From assembly GCA_964016885.1 (NCBI GenBank), contig OZ024743.1:164176001-164240000 (forward strand): a stretch of 64,000 bases of DNA, given 5' to 3'. The position numbers and the translations under genes are program-made. The stretch's first letter is position 1, and the number at the start of each line of letters is the position of its first letter. The DNA comes from Eledone cirrhosa (Eukaryota). Positions 32,771 through 46,199 of the stretch are shown one piece after another. A model generated the notes under the pieces. The model searched no databases. It worked only from the letters and a program-made list of their open reading frames with translations, and was not told the DNA's origin.

Positions 32771-33325
32771 TATCAATGTGCAATAAGAGCAAAATATAAC
32801 GACATTGCTCAATTATTTTATCTAATGTTGTAATAACACAAGGAAATGTTGTTTGTGTATTTTTTTTTATATTTGCTCATAGGCTTTTACAATTTCGCTC
32901 AGCCAACAACTATTAAAAAGTGAGTTGCTTAAGATAACAATTTAATCACAAATTGTTGCTATCTTTTAATACACTCCAACAAGTCATCAAATTATGTACA
33001 ATAAAAACAAATCTTATTAATTTGCTCAGGGAATATAAAGAAAATGTATATACACTGATAATTGCAATTGTATGTAAATATTTTGTTTTTGTATTGTTTA
33101 TTTTATGTTTTCTATTATGTATAATATATTGATTTAATATTGATTGTTTTTTGTAGTTGTTTATATTAAAAGTCTGAAAATATTTTTATACATCTTACAC
33201 TAATATTTATAAGATAATTTATAATAACAATTACATAATCTAATTACATTACAACGATAATTTATTATTAATATATATCCTCTTTAACTAGAGTTATTAC
33301 AAGCGTTGCCTTAAAAAAATATTAA

Positions 33326-34282
33326 ACTAGACATGAAAAATGCGCAAGCTCAAAAGTGCCACAGAATGTTATAATAAACCTTCAAAAGTGTGGGACTAGA
33401 GTTGTTGCTAAAAAATATTGTAATCATTATATATCGTACATTCTGTGGCATCCTTTATAAAAATAGCTTAAACCAACGAAGCCTTTATTTTTACGCTATT
33501 TCACTTAGTTAATTCTTAGAGTGTAACATATAAAAATAAATACATCTATGTTTAATGTAATAACAGCTATAAATAATTACGTAATATTATTATCATATAC
33601 TCATAGTAACAAAATAATTGTGTTGAAACTTAATATGATGCTTATATGAACGATCAAATCTATAATGATAATTTCTTAAATATACTAATAGTAAAATAAT
33701 TTAGTTATCTATTGTTACATTTTCATAGAACTATAATATTAACAATCGTATTGCATTATCAAATTTTTATCACTACAAACTTTCATATTGGAATTACCTT
33801 AAGCCACTTATTATTACTTCGCTTTCGTACTTTTACAGCTGTAGATATTGCGCTGTATCTTATATCTAATATCAATATCTCGTGGTAATTTGCATGAAGT
33901 GTAAAATAGGTTTATTAATAACTTTAATATGAAATGTATTATACAGGGCTGTGGAGTCGGCCAAAAATTGACTGGCTCCAACTCAGGATCCGATACTCCA
34001 TTATTTCCTAAATTTCAGCTCCGCAGCTCTGTTATTATATTAATTAATTTATTTTATAGTTGTAAATCATATTTTTATATGTTACACTCTAAGAATTAAC
34101 TAAGTGAAATAGCGTAAAAATAAAGGCTTCGTTGGTTTAAGCTATTTTTATAAAGGATGCCACAGAATGTACGATATATAATGATTACAATATTTTTTAG
34201 CAACAACTCTAGTCCCACACTTTTGAAGGTTTATTATAACATTCTGTGGCACTTTTGAGCTTGCGCATTTTTCATGTCTAGT
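33326..34282. repeat. Long inverted repeat: 213-bp apparently identical arms, 531-bp spacer
   Basis: 33326-33538 is the reverse complement of 34070-34282. Confidence 0.95.
33944..34031. mobile_element. 88-bp mini hAT-like element
   Basis: TIRs CAGGGCTGTGGAG / CTCCGCAGCTCTG; near-perfect 8-bp TSD gtattata / ttattata. Confidence 0.65.
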
Positions 34283-34297
34283 ATATATATATATATA

Positions 34298-36976
34298 TCA
34301 TCATCATCATCATCATCATCATTTTACATCCGCTCTTCCCTGCTTGCAAGGGTGGGACAGGTCTTATTCAGCATAGCATCTCTCCACTTGTCATGGTCCT
34401 TCGTCATCTCCACCGTGAGTTCCAGCGATCTGAGGTCTGTTCTCACCACCTCCGCCCATGTTTTTCATGGTCTACCGCTACCACGTCTTCCTTCAACTAT
34501 GCATTTCCTGGCACTTCTTCACTCATCGGTCATCCTCCATGCGCATCACATGTCCATGCCACCTCAGTCTCCTCTCCTGTACACTACATTCTATCCCTCT
34601 CAGACACAGTTTCTCTCTCAACACATTCATGCTGGGTCGTTCACACACATTGACACTGCACATCCAATGGAGCATGCTTGCCTCATTTTTCTCCAGCCGT
34701 CGCATATCCTCTGCAGTTGCTGCCCATGTCTCACTACCATGCAGCATCGCGCTCCTCACACAGGCATCATATAACCGGCCTTTCGTATGCAGGGAGAAAC
34801 CTTTCTTTGTCAACAGAGGAAGCAGCTCCCTAAACTTCTTCCAACCCGTCCTTATTCTAGATACTATGGCCTCGGAACACCCCCCTCCCATGCTAATCTG
34901 ATCTCCTAGGTACCTTAAGCTATCCACCACTTCTATAGCACCCGCCTGCATTTGAAAAATGTGTCTATCAATGCGACTTCTACTGTCTAATTTCCCTGTA
35001 CATCTACTGCATACATATTTCTCCCTACCTGTTAGTTTGCCTGCTATCCCGCTACATCTCTTGTGTACCCAGGATCTGCATTGTGTGCATTTTCTAGAAT
35101 TTATGCCAGTTCCTTTTCTGCATATTGAACGTGGCCATTTCCCTGACGGAATCAAAGTTTTGTCCTCTTTTCTACTCATCAACACTTTTGTCTTAGCTAG
35201 ATTCACTCTCAGTCCTCTTGCTTCCAACTGCTGTTTCCATAGCCTTAATTTATTCTCTAGCGCCTCTACTGATTCTACTATAAGAACCAGATCGTCAGCA
35301 TAGAGAAGTTCCCATGGACAGCCAGTCTTAAACACCTCTGTTATGGCTTGGAGGACTATAATGAACAAGAGCGGGCTGAGGACCGAACCTTGATGTACTC
35401 CTACTTGTATCTGGAATTCTTCACTAAACTCCATTCCTACCCTGACTTTACTGACAGTACCTCTGTACAAAGTTTACACTGTCCTCACAAGCCATTCCTC
35501 AACACCTAGTTTCCTTAGGGACCACCAGATGTCAGATCGGGGTACCCTATCAAAGGCCTTCTCTAGGTCAACAAAGGCTAAGTATAGTGGCTTATTTTTC
35601 TCTAAGAACTTCTTTTGCAATTGTCTCACCAAGAAGAGGGCATCTGTTGTACTCTTGCCAGGCACAAAACCAAACTGCATCTCATCTAGTTTGACCCTTT
35701 CTCTAATTAGTTGTGCTAATATCCTTTCTGCCACTTTCATAACCTGATCCATCAGTTTTATATCCCTATAATTGCTCCTCTCCAGAGCATCCCCTTTACC
35801 TTTGTAGCAATTTATGAGTATACTGCTGCACCAGTCTTTGGGTATGACACCACCATATATAGCCTGATTGATGATGCGTGCAACCAGTTTAGTGCCTACG
35901 TCCCCTGATGCCTTCAGCATCTCAGCAACTATTCCTGATGGTCCAGCAGCCTTACCATTTTTCATTTCCTTAATCGCCGCTTGGACCCTATATTCGTCAA
36001 TCTCAATAGCTGGTCCCTCAGTCGGATCTACTGAGGGTAATTTCTCTCTCTCCCATTCGTTCTCCACATTCATCAGTCTCTCATAATGACATTTCCAGGC
36101 CTCCTTTTTCTGATCATTCGTGACACTAAGTACACCGGCATCATCCCGGACACATTTATCTCCAACAACATCCTGATTTGCATTGACACACTGCCTTGCA
36201 ATGTGGAACACTGCACGCCTCTGATCTTCCCATCGCAGAACATTGGCAAACCTCCTACTCCGCCTCCCTGCGTGCTAAGTACACCTGACGTCTAGCTTCT
36301 CTCTTAGTGGCTGTATATCTTTCCCTACTCCCACCCTTTTTCCAAGCCTTCCATGCTAGTATTTTGTCTCTAATGGCCTTATCTACTGTGCTGTTCCACC
36401 ACCAGGTCACTCTCTGTCTGGTTGGAGCTCTGCTCCAGCCACAAGTTTCATCAGTAGCCTGCAGCAAGTTGTCCCGTAAGAAATTCCAGTTATTATCTAT
36501 GTCATACGTCTCTAAATCGTCTTCTTTTTCGTCATATACATCTTGAAAGGCTTTCCTAAATTTGTTATTTAGTGAAAGGTCTTTTAGCTTCCAGACCTTT
36601 CTTCTCCACACCTTCCTGTATGTCTCATTCCATCTCTTGCTACTGAGATATCACTAACGACTAACCTATGCTGTGGGGTACAGTCTTCCCCAGGGTATGC
36701 TTGGTATTAGACACTATCTGCCTGTCCCACTGCCTAACTAGTAAAAAGTCAATCTGGCTTATGTGCTCGCCAGATTTGTAGGTTATTAGGTGATTGGCAG
36801 GTTTCTGGAAGTTTGTGTTGCAAATAGTCAATGTACCTGCATCACAAAATTCAAGAAGTCTCACTCCTTCTTCATTTCTTTAACCGTGCCCACCATGTAC
36901 CCCAGTGTAAACATCCTGGAGCTATCCAACATGACCATTGAAGTCTCCTGCCAGCATAACGATGTCTCCATCCTCT
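34298..36976 (-). mobile_element. RTE subfamily B copy including part of the APE endonuclease; frameshifted
   Basis: ORFs 36661-36864 (TYKSG...SQIDFLL), 36255-36611, 35474-36211 and 34523-35470; short 3' UTR and (GAT)n tail. Confidence 0.95.
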
Positions 36977-37135
36977 GTATATATATATATTATATATATA
37001 TATATATCATATATATAGCAAGAAAGTAAGTGTTGGTAAAATCCAGTACTTCAGTATGTGGATAGGTATATAAGTTCCGGAGTTATAATAGTGACGAAAC
37101 ATAAGTCAATTGCATGAACTCATAATCCTTTATTT

Positions 37136-37191
37136 ACTGCTATATATATTTCGATGATAACCATTGAATGGCTATGACCTCATCAGGCAGT
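37136..37191 (-). ncRNA. Minimal hammerhead ribozyme (left arm)
   Basis: Mirror image of 37325-37380. Confidence 0.85.
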
Positions 37192-37324
37192 TAGTCAGTT
37201 CTTAGATATGCCAGCTGTGTGTTTCTAGTGTTGATGGTATCAGAGCCTTGGGACATGAGTTGTCCCAAGGCTCTGAGACCATCAACACTAGAAACACACA
37301 GCTGGCATATCTAAGAACTGACTA

Positions 37325-37380
37325 ACTGCCTGATGAGGTCATAGCCATTCAATGGTTATCATCGAAATATATATAGCAGT
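37325..37380 (+). ncRNA. Minimal hammerhead ribozyme (right arm)
   Basis: ACTGC / CTGATGA / GGTcATAGCCATT-c-AATGGTTATcATC / GAAA / TATATA / TA / GCAGT; AUA triplet; AATAAA follows. Confidence 0.85.
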
Positions 37381-37428
37381 AAATAAAGGATTATGAGTTC
37401 ATGCAATTGACTTATGTTTCGTCACTAT

Positions 37429-38147
37429 CATATATATATATTATATTATATATATATTATATTATATATATATATTATATATATATATATATATTATATA
37501 TATATAATATATATATATTATATTATATATATATTATATTATATATATATATTATATATATATTATATTATATATATATATATATATTATATATATATAT
37601 TATATATATATTATATTATATATATATTATATTATATATATCATAAATGTATATATATATATTATATATATATATATCATAAATGTAAATATATATATTA
37701 TATATATATATTATATATTTATATATGTATATATATATTATTATATGTATATATATATGTATATTATATATTTATATTATATGTATATATATATATATAT
37801 ATATCATATATATATATATATATTTATATTATATGTATATATTATATGTATATATATATATATATCATATATATATATATTATATATATATTATATGTAT
37901 ATATATCATATATATATATTATATATATATTATATATTTATATTATATGTATATATTATATATATATATATATATATCATATATATATATATTATATATT
38001 TATATTATATGTATATATATCATATATATATATATTATATATATATTATATGTATATATATCATATATATATATATTATATATATATTATATGTATATAT
38101 ATCATATATATATATATATTATATATATAATATATATTTATATTATA

Positions 38148-38179
<32 letters not shown>

Positions 38180-38300
38180 CATATATATATATATTATATA
38201 TTTATATTATATGTATATATATCATATATATATATATATTATATATATATTATATATTTATATTATATGTCTATATTATATATATATATATATTTATATT
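37429..38300. repeat. AT microsatellite with TAT/CAT/TTTAT higher-order units
   Basis: Directly visible; same unit type continues at 38637-38845 after the SINE. Confidence 0.95.
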
Positions 38301-38302
38301 AT

Positions 38303-38636
38303 GAAGGCACATGGCTTAGTGGTTAGAGCATTGGCCTTGCAATCAAAAGGTTGTGAGTTCAATTCTCAGACTGGGTGATGTGTTGTTTCCTTGAGCAAGA
38401 CACTTTATTTCACATTGCTCCAGTTTACTCAGCTGTAGAAATGAGATGATAGGGACTGAGGTCCCTATCATTCCACTGCAAAGTGGTCGTAGAGGTGCCA
38501 TGGCAAAAAAGCACGCAGCCCTCACTGGTTGGTGTTAGGAAGGGCATCCAGCTGTAGAAATCAAGCCAGAATCAGTTCCCGTCCCACCCTTGCAAGCAGG
38601 GAAAAGTGGACGTGAAATGAAATGAATGAAAATGAA
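38303..38636 (+). mobile_element. tRNA-derived SINE with CORE/Meta-like centre and RTE-derived 3' tail
   Basis: A box tggcttagtgg, B box gagttcaattc, ccttgagcaagacacttta, then ggttggtgttaggaagggcatccagctgtagaaa and an RTE-B-like terminus. Confidence 0.85.
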
Positions 38637-38761
38637 ATATATATATATTATATATTTATATTATATATATATATATTATATATTTATATTTATATTATAT
38701 ATATATATATTATATATTTATATTTATATTATATATATATATATTATATATTTATATTATA

Positions 38762-38793
<32 letters not shown>

Positions 38794-38845
38794 CATATAT
38801 ATATGTATATATAAATATACATATATATATCATATATATATTATA

Positions 38846-39034
38846 ATGAGTCGATGCCACCCTCCTATTGTTTTTAGAAACTTTGTAAATAATATCAGTA
38901 CTAGAATCTCTAACCTCTCTTCTAATAAAGCAATCTTTGACAGAGTGGCCCCCTACTATAACATGGCGTTAGCTAACAGCAGCTTCTTGCAACCAATTAC
39001 TTACTCCCCCACTAACACGAACAGCAATCACTAA
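38846..39034 (+). pseudogene. Penelope-like (Naiad-type) RT thumb fragment
   Basis: SRCHPPIVFRNFVNNISTRISNLSSNKAIFDRVAPYYNMAL parallels SNHP...KGISERVSTVSANADVFNQDADYYNETL at 58740-58870. Confidence 0.75.
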
Positions 39035-39363
39035 GTTCAAGCCATATGCAAGGGATCATTGTGGACTGTGTATTGATGAAAGGATAAATATTCTATGGAG
39101 ATTACACAAAAGCGATTGCCTAAATCAAGAAATGAAATCTTCTTACGTTGTCCACATGTGTAGAAACACCTCTTGCATAACTACAAAGCTCCAGATTGAA
39201 TAACAACAACATTCTAATTTTCTAATCAACTCGAACATTTTATTCCGGAGATTCGCAGTTATCTCCTTTCACCCGTGGTTTTGTATCGCTTGGGTGAAGT
39301 GACCGTTTCTGCGCATGCGCTTTCATATGCTTGTTCTTCCTGTTCTGTATAACCATTGCCAGT

Positions 39364-39404
39364 CCGAGCTGAAGATCGCCATAAGGTGAAACAATTGTTC
39401 TCGG
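39364..39404 (+). ncRNA. Minimal hammerhead ribozyme
   Basis: CCGAG / CTGAAGA / tc-GCC-ataa-GGT / GAAA / CAATTG / TT / CTCGG; GUU triplet. Confidence 0.8.
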
Positions 39405-40200
39405 TATGGTGAACTAACTGTTGTGTTACTACTTCTACCAAACTCGTCCCATAGTCTGAGTGCTCTGCCACTACGGATATTACCTTCCAGTGTTCTACCT
39501 CTATAATATATATATCTAAACTATAATAAAGTAAGGAGTGTGCAACTGTATGGTTTTATTTCTTTTAATCCAGTTAGTAAAATAAGTTGGATTACTTTGA
39601 ATAAATAATGAATGAATATTACATAATTTTTGTACTAAATTTCGTAATTTTTTATTAAATTTAATATAATTTTATTGCTTCTTTAAAATTGACTTCTTTT
39701 CAAAGTTTCAAATTTCTACACTTCCAGTATATTGCTACCACCACAACTTCAACTACCATATATATAGAAAAAAAGAGTGTGTGATGAGAGAGATAGATAT
39801 TTATGATTTCCTACACGCTGATGCGTATGTGTGTGTATGTGCACATACATACATCTATATGTATGAGTATATAACTATAATCGCGCAAACACAAACTTAT
39901 AAAAATACACGCTCAGGGATATACATTCACACAAATACACATACTTTCACACATATACATTTACACAAGCACACACATACAGTCATGATATCAGTGTTCG
40001 ATGAATTGGAAATGAGAGGGTAAAACAAGTATAACGTTTTACTTATTTATTAACAACACAGTTTAACTCTTTTTTTTTTTAACTCATTTGTATAAAAATT
40101 TAATATAATGCTTAACGAAAACCCTAACAAATATAATATATATATATATATACATAACCCATGCTAGCATGGAAGATGGACGTTAAACGATAATGATGAT

Positions 40201-40232
<32 letters not shown>

Positions 40233-40276
40233 TACAGACACGCACACAAGTTTCCTATTTATGTGACCTCCATTCT

Positions 40277-42606
40277 ATCATCATCATCATCATCGTTTAA
40301 TGTCCATTTTCCACGCTAGCATGAGTCTGGATGGGAATTGTCCCACTTGAGGCAAGATTGGTTGTCTGGCGGGTTTTCTACGGCTGGATACCCTTCCTAA
40401 CACCAACCACATTTACAGTGTGGACAGGGAGGTTTTTACCGTGTTACCTACACGGCCACATTACAGCGTGGACTGTGTGTTTTATTGTCGTGACACCTAC
40501 ACGTCTGGCGGGTTTTCTACGGCTGGGTGCCCTTCCCAACACCAACCATTATTACAGTGTGTACTGGGAGGTTTTTACCGTGTTACCTACACGGCCAGAT
40601 TACAGCGTGGACTGTGTGTTTTTTTGTCGTGACACCTACATGACCTCATTTGTTTCGGACTAGATGTTGTGGTACCAACATAACTTCACATTTAAGGGGG
40701 TGGTGTGGATGGGGTGGGGGTAGTGGGACGGGAGTGTATTTTGTTAGAGGTGCCTACTGACTGTAGGTTTCACTTTGTACTTAGGCAAGGTGGGTCTTCT
40801 GTATAACTGTGTAGCGCCAAAGATCTCGGTCCAGTGACATTGTCTTGGAGAGGTGTAAGTGTGTGCGGTCGGAATTTATCAAGTCGTCCCAGGTTTTTCT
40901 GGGACCGCCTACTCCGTGGCTACCGTCTATTTTTATCGCCCTGCACTTTTTTATACAGCTGTCGTCTTTCATGCGCATCATGTGACCGTACCAACGTAGT
41001 CTTCTCTCGAGTAAACAACATCTGATCCCTCTTATTCCTAATTTCTCCCTTAATTCGTTTATGCTTTGCCGTTCACGTATATTACTATTACACATCCAGC
41101 GGAGTATGCAAGCTTCGTTCCTCTCTAGTCTGCGTATATCCTCTGCACACAAGGCCCAGGTCTCACTGTCATGTAACATTGGTGTTCTTATGCAGGCATC
41201 ATACAGCCTGCCTTTCATTTTTAGAGAGAACCCTTTAGCGGCCAATAGTGGTATAAGCTCTCTGAACTTTTTCCATCCCGTTCTGACTCTAGCTACTGTA
41301 CTTTCAGAGCACCCTCCCCCACTGCTGATTTTGTCACCCAGGTAACGGAAGCTGTCCACTATTTCTATAGAACCATCTGCGCAATGGAATGAGCTAGTGT
41401 TCTGTGGGCACTTGCTGCTACTTATTGCACCAGAGCACTGGCCACATATAAAATCTATATTCTTAGTTGGCTTACCTGTGATCCCACTACATCTTTTATG
41501 CACCCATACTTTGCATTTGGGACATAAAATGGAGTTTCTGCCTACTCCTTTCCTACACGCTGAGCATGGCCATTTCCCAGATGGGACCGGTGCCCTATTT
41601 TCCTTCCTACAAACTAGAACTTTAGTCTTAAACAAGTTAACTTTAAGGCCTTTTGATTCTAGGCCATGCTTCCATGTTTGGAATTTCTTCTCTAGTTCCG
41701 CCATTGATTCAGCTATGAGCGTTAGATCATCTGCATATAGGAGTTTCCATGAGCAGCCTGTCTTGAACTCCTCTGTTATAGCCTGAAGCGCAATAATAAA
41801 TAGTAGGGGGCTAAGAACAGAGCCCTGATGAACACCAACTTTTACGCTAAACTCTTCACTATATTCGTTGTTAATTCTAACCTTGCTGACTGTTTCTTTA
41901 TACATGGCTTGTATAGCTCTCACAAGCCATTCATCAACACCTAGTTTTCTAAGGGCCCACCAGATAATCGAGCGGGGTACTCTGTCAAAGGCTTTCTCCA
42001 AGTCAACAAAGGCTAAGTATAGGGGTTTATTTTTAGCTAGGTACTTCTCCTGTAGTTGTCGTACAATGAAGAGAGAATCTGTTGTACTTTTACCTGACAC
42101 AAACCCGAACTGCATTTTGTCTAGATCAATTCGCTCTCTGATTAGTTGCGCTATTACTTTTTCTGTGACCTTCATGACCTGGTCAATTAATTTAATGCCT
42201 CTATAGTTTCCCCTATCTAGGGCATCATCTTTCCCTTTGTAGCAGTTAATGATGATGCTGCTGCGCCAGTCCTTCGGAACGACCCCATTCTGTATGACTT
42301 GGTTTACTATCCGAGTGACCATAGTGTGTCCCACCGTTCCAGATGCTCTCAGCATTTCAGCAACTATCTCCGAAGGCCCGGCCGCCTTGCCCGTCTTCAT
42401 GTCTTTGATCGCCTTACTTATTATACTACCTGCAACTTGCACTGCTGGTCCCTCTATTGGGTCGATGTGGGGGAGACTGTCTTTCTCCCAATTATTCTCC
42501 TCATTTAGTAGCCTTTCGTAGTGACACTTCCAAGCTACCTTCTTATCAGCGTTAGTGATGGCAAGTACACCATCATCATTAAGGACTCACTTCTCCCCGA
42601 CAATAT
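40277..42606 (-). mobile_element. RTE subfamily A copy with open RT ORF and duplicated 3' UTR module
   Basis: ORF 40781-42442 (553 aa) with all RT motifs; (GAT)n tail. Confidence 0.96.
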
Positions 42607-42849
42607 AAGGATTTGTCTTTTTATTAGTCGTTAAAGAAAGAATTGTCAATTCTCATAGTAAAAACTGAAAAATTCAATTTGTATCCTCAATTATCAATAG
42701 TAAAACCTTCAGTGATTGAATATGTATATTTCAGACAAAATCTATTCATTATATCTAACACCCAATACAAACTAAAAAATAGAACATCCAGTGTGTGTTG
42801 TTACACCTTTGGTTACAATGATAAGTGTTTCAGTTAATTCAATTAACAG

Positions 42850-43100
42850 AACAGCCTGCACATGAAATTAACATGCAAGTACCGTTAATGTAATTCTCAG
42901 GGTGATTCAGCATAACACAGTTTGTGACAAAGCTAGCCTCTTTGAATTACAGGTACAATGCATTATTGTCAGTTGAATGGACTGGAGCAATGTGGAATAA
43001 AATGTCTTGCTCAAAGACACAAGGGCTCGGCTGGGAATTGAACTCACTACATCATGATTGCGAACCAAACATCTTAACCACTAAGCCACATGTCTTCACA
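42850..43100 (-). mobile_element. tRNA-derived SINE (same head as 38303)
   Basis: Reverse complement of ttgaactc...cttaaccactaagccacatgtcttc and aatggactggagcaatgtggaataaaatgtcttgctcaa. Confidence 0.75.
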
Positions 43101-43164
43101 AGTATATCCATATACACATACACGAACATTTTAATAATCACATTCATGTGTATTGTGTATAAAT

Positions 43165-43990
43165 ACTAACAGCCTCCCGGCCTTCACCCCAGTCAGTACT
43201 GTGCTCAAATCTATTTATAAGGCACCTATTGGCATCTATCATAATGCCCATTTCTTTAAAATAAAAGATGTTAAAAGGTATTGCATGACATAATTTTTAA
43301 AAAATTATTTAGACTATCTATTTACAGAAAGTAATAATAAAGAAAATAATAGAAAAATATATTCTACGAAAATTATAAAACATTTACAGAACTTTGGTAT
43401 ATACAATGTTTTTAACTTTTTTTCTTTGGAACATATATGAAGAGTTTGTAGGGGATTCCTACTCTGAAACGACTTATATACAATTGACCATGTGAGAAAC
43501 AGTTCTCTTCTAGATGGAGACCTTCAATCTGCAGTGTTTGACCTTGGGACTTGTTAATGGTCATTGTGTTACTGACTCTTACTGAGAATTGCATCCAGTG
43601 AAGATCTTGGCTTTGATGATGTGGGGCTGTAGTTCAGTCACAACCATACGCATGACATTGCACAATCATGACTGATCCAGGTTTCTGAAAAGCATGAGGA
43701 CTGGGCTCTTCTTCAATTCAAGGTTGTGTGGCCTCATACCGGTTTGTTCCTGAGAAATTTAACGGGTTAATGAACAGTTTCATCCTTGTCGACAACTTTG
43801 CCCTTAGATTTATAGGTCTGGCTACCTCCAGAGACGATTTGTGAGAGATTTTTGTTGATGGCATTCATTGTGATGTTTTGGGGAGCAAGGATTGCTCTTT
43901 CACACAGTCACTCTCCATTGGAATGATGGATCTCGAAATTGGGAAACACTCGATTAGTTAAGTTTACAACGCTTTCTACAACAGTACAAA
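43165..43990 (-). mobile_element. Helitron 3' fragment with decayed PIF1-like helicase C-terminus
   Basis: CERAILAP, PHNLELK, MTINKSQGQTL, CFSHGQLY...RVG; minus-strand 3' end has a GC-rich hairpin remnant then TTAGT. Confidence 0.85.
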
Positions 43991-44037
43991 ATTGGGTTGT
44001 TGGACATACAGAAACACACACATACACAGAAATACAG

Positions 44038-44040
<3 letters not shown>

Positions 44041-44118
<78 letters not shown>
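44041..44118. repeat. (CA)n microsatellite
   Basis: Pure CA run. Confidence 0.98.
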
Positions 44119-44122
<4 letters not shown>

Positions 44123-44729
44123 TAAACACATTACGTTTTAGTTAGAGAGAGGGGAGGTGGAATGAGTGAGAGCTGAAGTAGTGTAATTTACTCAGTGGCG
44201 CTTTATGTTGATGTGGTATCAGTGGCTTGTTATGTACTTTAGCATAGGTGTCTTCATATAAACATTGGGTGACCTCTGTGAGGACAACTCTCTGCCTCAT
44301 AGCGAAAACAAAAGACTCTGCTGATGGCATGGTTAGAAGAAATAATAGGATCACTTTGAAGGAATGCATGAGACGATCAATAAAAGCCAGACTACTAAAA
44401 TTTTCACAGTAACAGTGGTCAATAATATTTCCTTTTTTCTTTTTTTTTTTTTTTTTAATTCTTTTCAGAATTAAGAAACTCAATATGCCCAAAAACCTTC
44501 TCCTTTGGGCACAGATTTCAAAAATCACGTCCACTTTTATCGAGAACACACTGTTTCAGAGTATTTCGGTGACATACACACAAATATATATACATATACA
44601 CTCTCAAATATATAGTAGATGATTATATACATACAGACACAGACACACTTATTAATAATATAATGCACCACCAGGAATCGAACTCTTGTCATGAGGTAAA
44701 CACCTTACACACTAAGCCATGTACTGTCA

Positions 44730-45110
44730 ACATCATCATCATTTTTATGTCTCTTTTTCCATGCTTGCATGGGTTGGATAGGTTCTCCTCAGCACAGCAT
44801 CTCTCCATTCAACACATTTCTTTGTCATCTCTTCTGTGAGTGTCAGTGATTTAAGGTCAGCTCTTTCTCAGTCTACCTCTACTGGAGCTTGCTTTCTCTG
44901 GCATTTCATAGCACTTCACCCATCAATCATCATCCATGCGCATCATGTCTGACCAACACAGTCATCTCTCCTTCACTCCACCTCGGATTCCTCTTCCAAG
45001 CTCTGCTTTTCTCTCACATTTACATTGCATATCCATTGAAGCATGGCTGCTTCATTTCTCTCCAGTCACTGCCCATATTTCACTACCATGCAGCACCGCA
45101 CTTCACACAT
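44730..45110 (-). mobile_element. Old degraded RTE 3' end
   Basis: (CAT)n tail, tccatgcttgcatgggttgga, catccatgcgcatcatgt (corresponds to HVMRM). Confidence 0.65.
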
Positions 45111-46199
45111 AGGTGCCATACTTCCGATATGTATATATGCGCGCACACATACACACACGATCTATAATTAAAGCTTTTCCATTCTTTTATGGTGGTAAGA
45201 TGTGTGATTTGAGGATGATTTGGCTATCTATTGCAGCTAGAGTGACTACATAAAGTCTTCTATATTGGCAATTTCTAGTAGTTCTTTTTTAGCCCCAGGT
45301 TAACCTTGACCATGCATACCTATGATGAAAAGCATTCCAGTCATGAACATCCCGTTGTTTTTTTTTCTTTGATTTCATCTATAAGCTGAGAACCCAGAAC
45401 CATATTATTCAACCTGTCTATTTCTGATAGAACAAGCAACTTCATAAAAGCTTCCTCATTAGCTCAAGCTTCTTATAGTAGTAGTGGTGGTGTTGTGTGT
45501 GTCAGGGGGGTAGTAGTAGTAGGTAGTGGTAATAGTTGTAGGCGGGAAAGAAAATCAAGGCTCGAAAGCTGATGATGATGGTGATGATGATAATGACAGT
45601 GGCAATAGTATTGGTGGTGATGATGGTAAAGGTGGTGGTGATGATGGGGGGTAGTGGTGGTGACTGGCAATGTTGATGGTGATGGTGGGGTTGATACTAA
45701 TAGTAGTGATATGTGACATCAACAGTTCTCAATAACAGATTTATTACTTTATTCCCGCTGTAGATAAGTATCATCATCATTACCTCTGACACCACCACCT
45801 TCACAACCCTTGCCATCACCACCACCACACCACATACAACAACATTCTCATCAATAGTTGAAGGAAGCTGTAAAAATACGAATGATTACATTAATTATTC
45901 TACAAAAAGCACCCATCTCACTGTAAATGGGATTGACATTAGAAAGCACATCCAGCTGTAGGAACAAAGCCAGAACCAGTTCTGATCTGACTTGTCTCAC
46001 AATGGAACAAATTGTCTAACCCACGTTAGTGTGGAAAAGTGGACATTAAACAGTAATGTTGATGATGGTGTGTGCTACATGAACATCTCTTTAGTGCATT
46101 GGTCCCAATGAATTAATTTGAGCATGGCAAAACTATTGTTAAAAAACCTTAGAAGATATTGAAACTAAACAAAAACTGGTTAATTGCTTCATCATTGTC

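Larger units (their letters stand above)
37088..37428. mobile_element. 341-bp palindromic unit (168-bp arms, 5-nt loop) carrying two outward-facing hammerheads
   Basis: 37088-37255 pairs with 37261-37428; one mismatch seen (37239/37277). Confidence 0.9.

Noticed and set aside
38303-38375. tRNA gene
   Set aside because: The A/B boxes continue into a SINE body and LINE tail; there is no complete cloverleaf.
45470-45850. His/Thr-rich ORFs (also 48969-49274 and 55380-56640)
   Set aside because: They derive from (GGT/GAT/CAC/CA)n low-complexity tracts with no domain or splice support.
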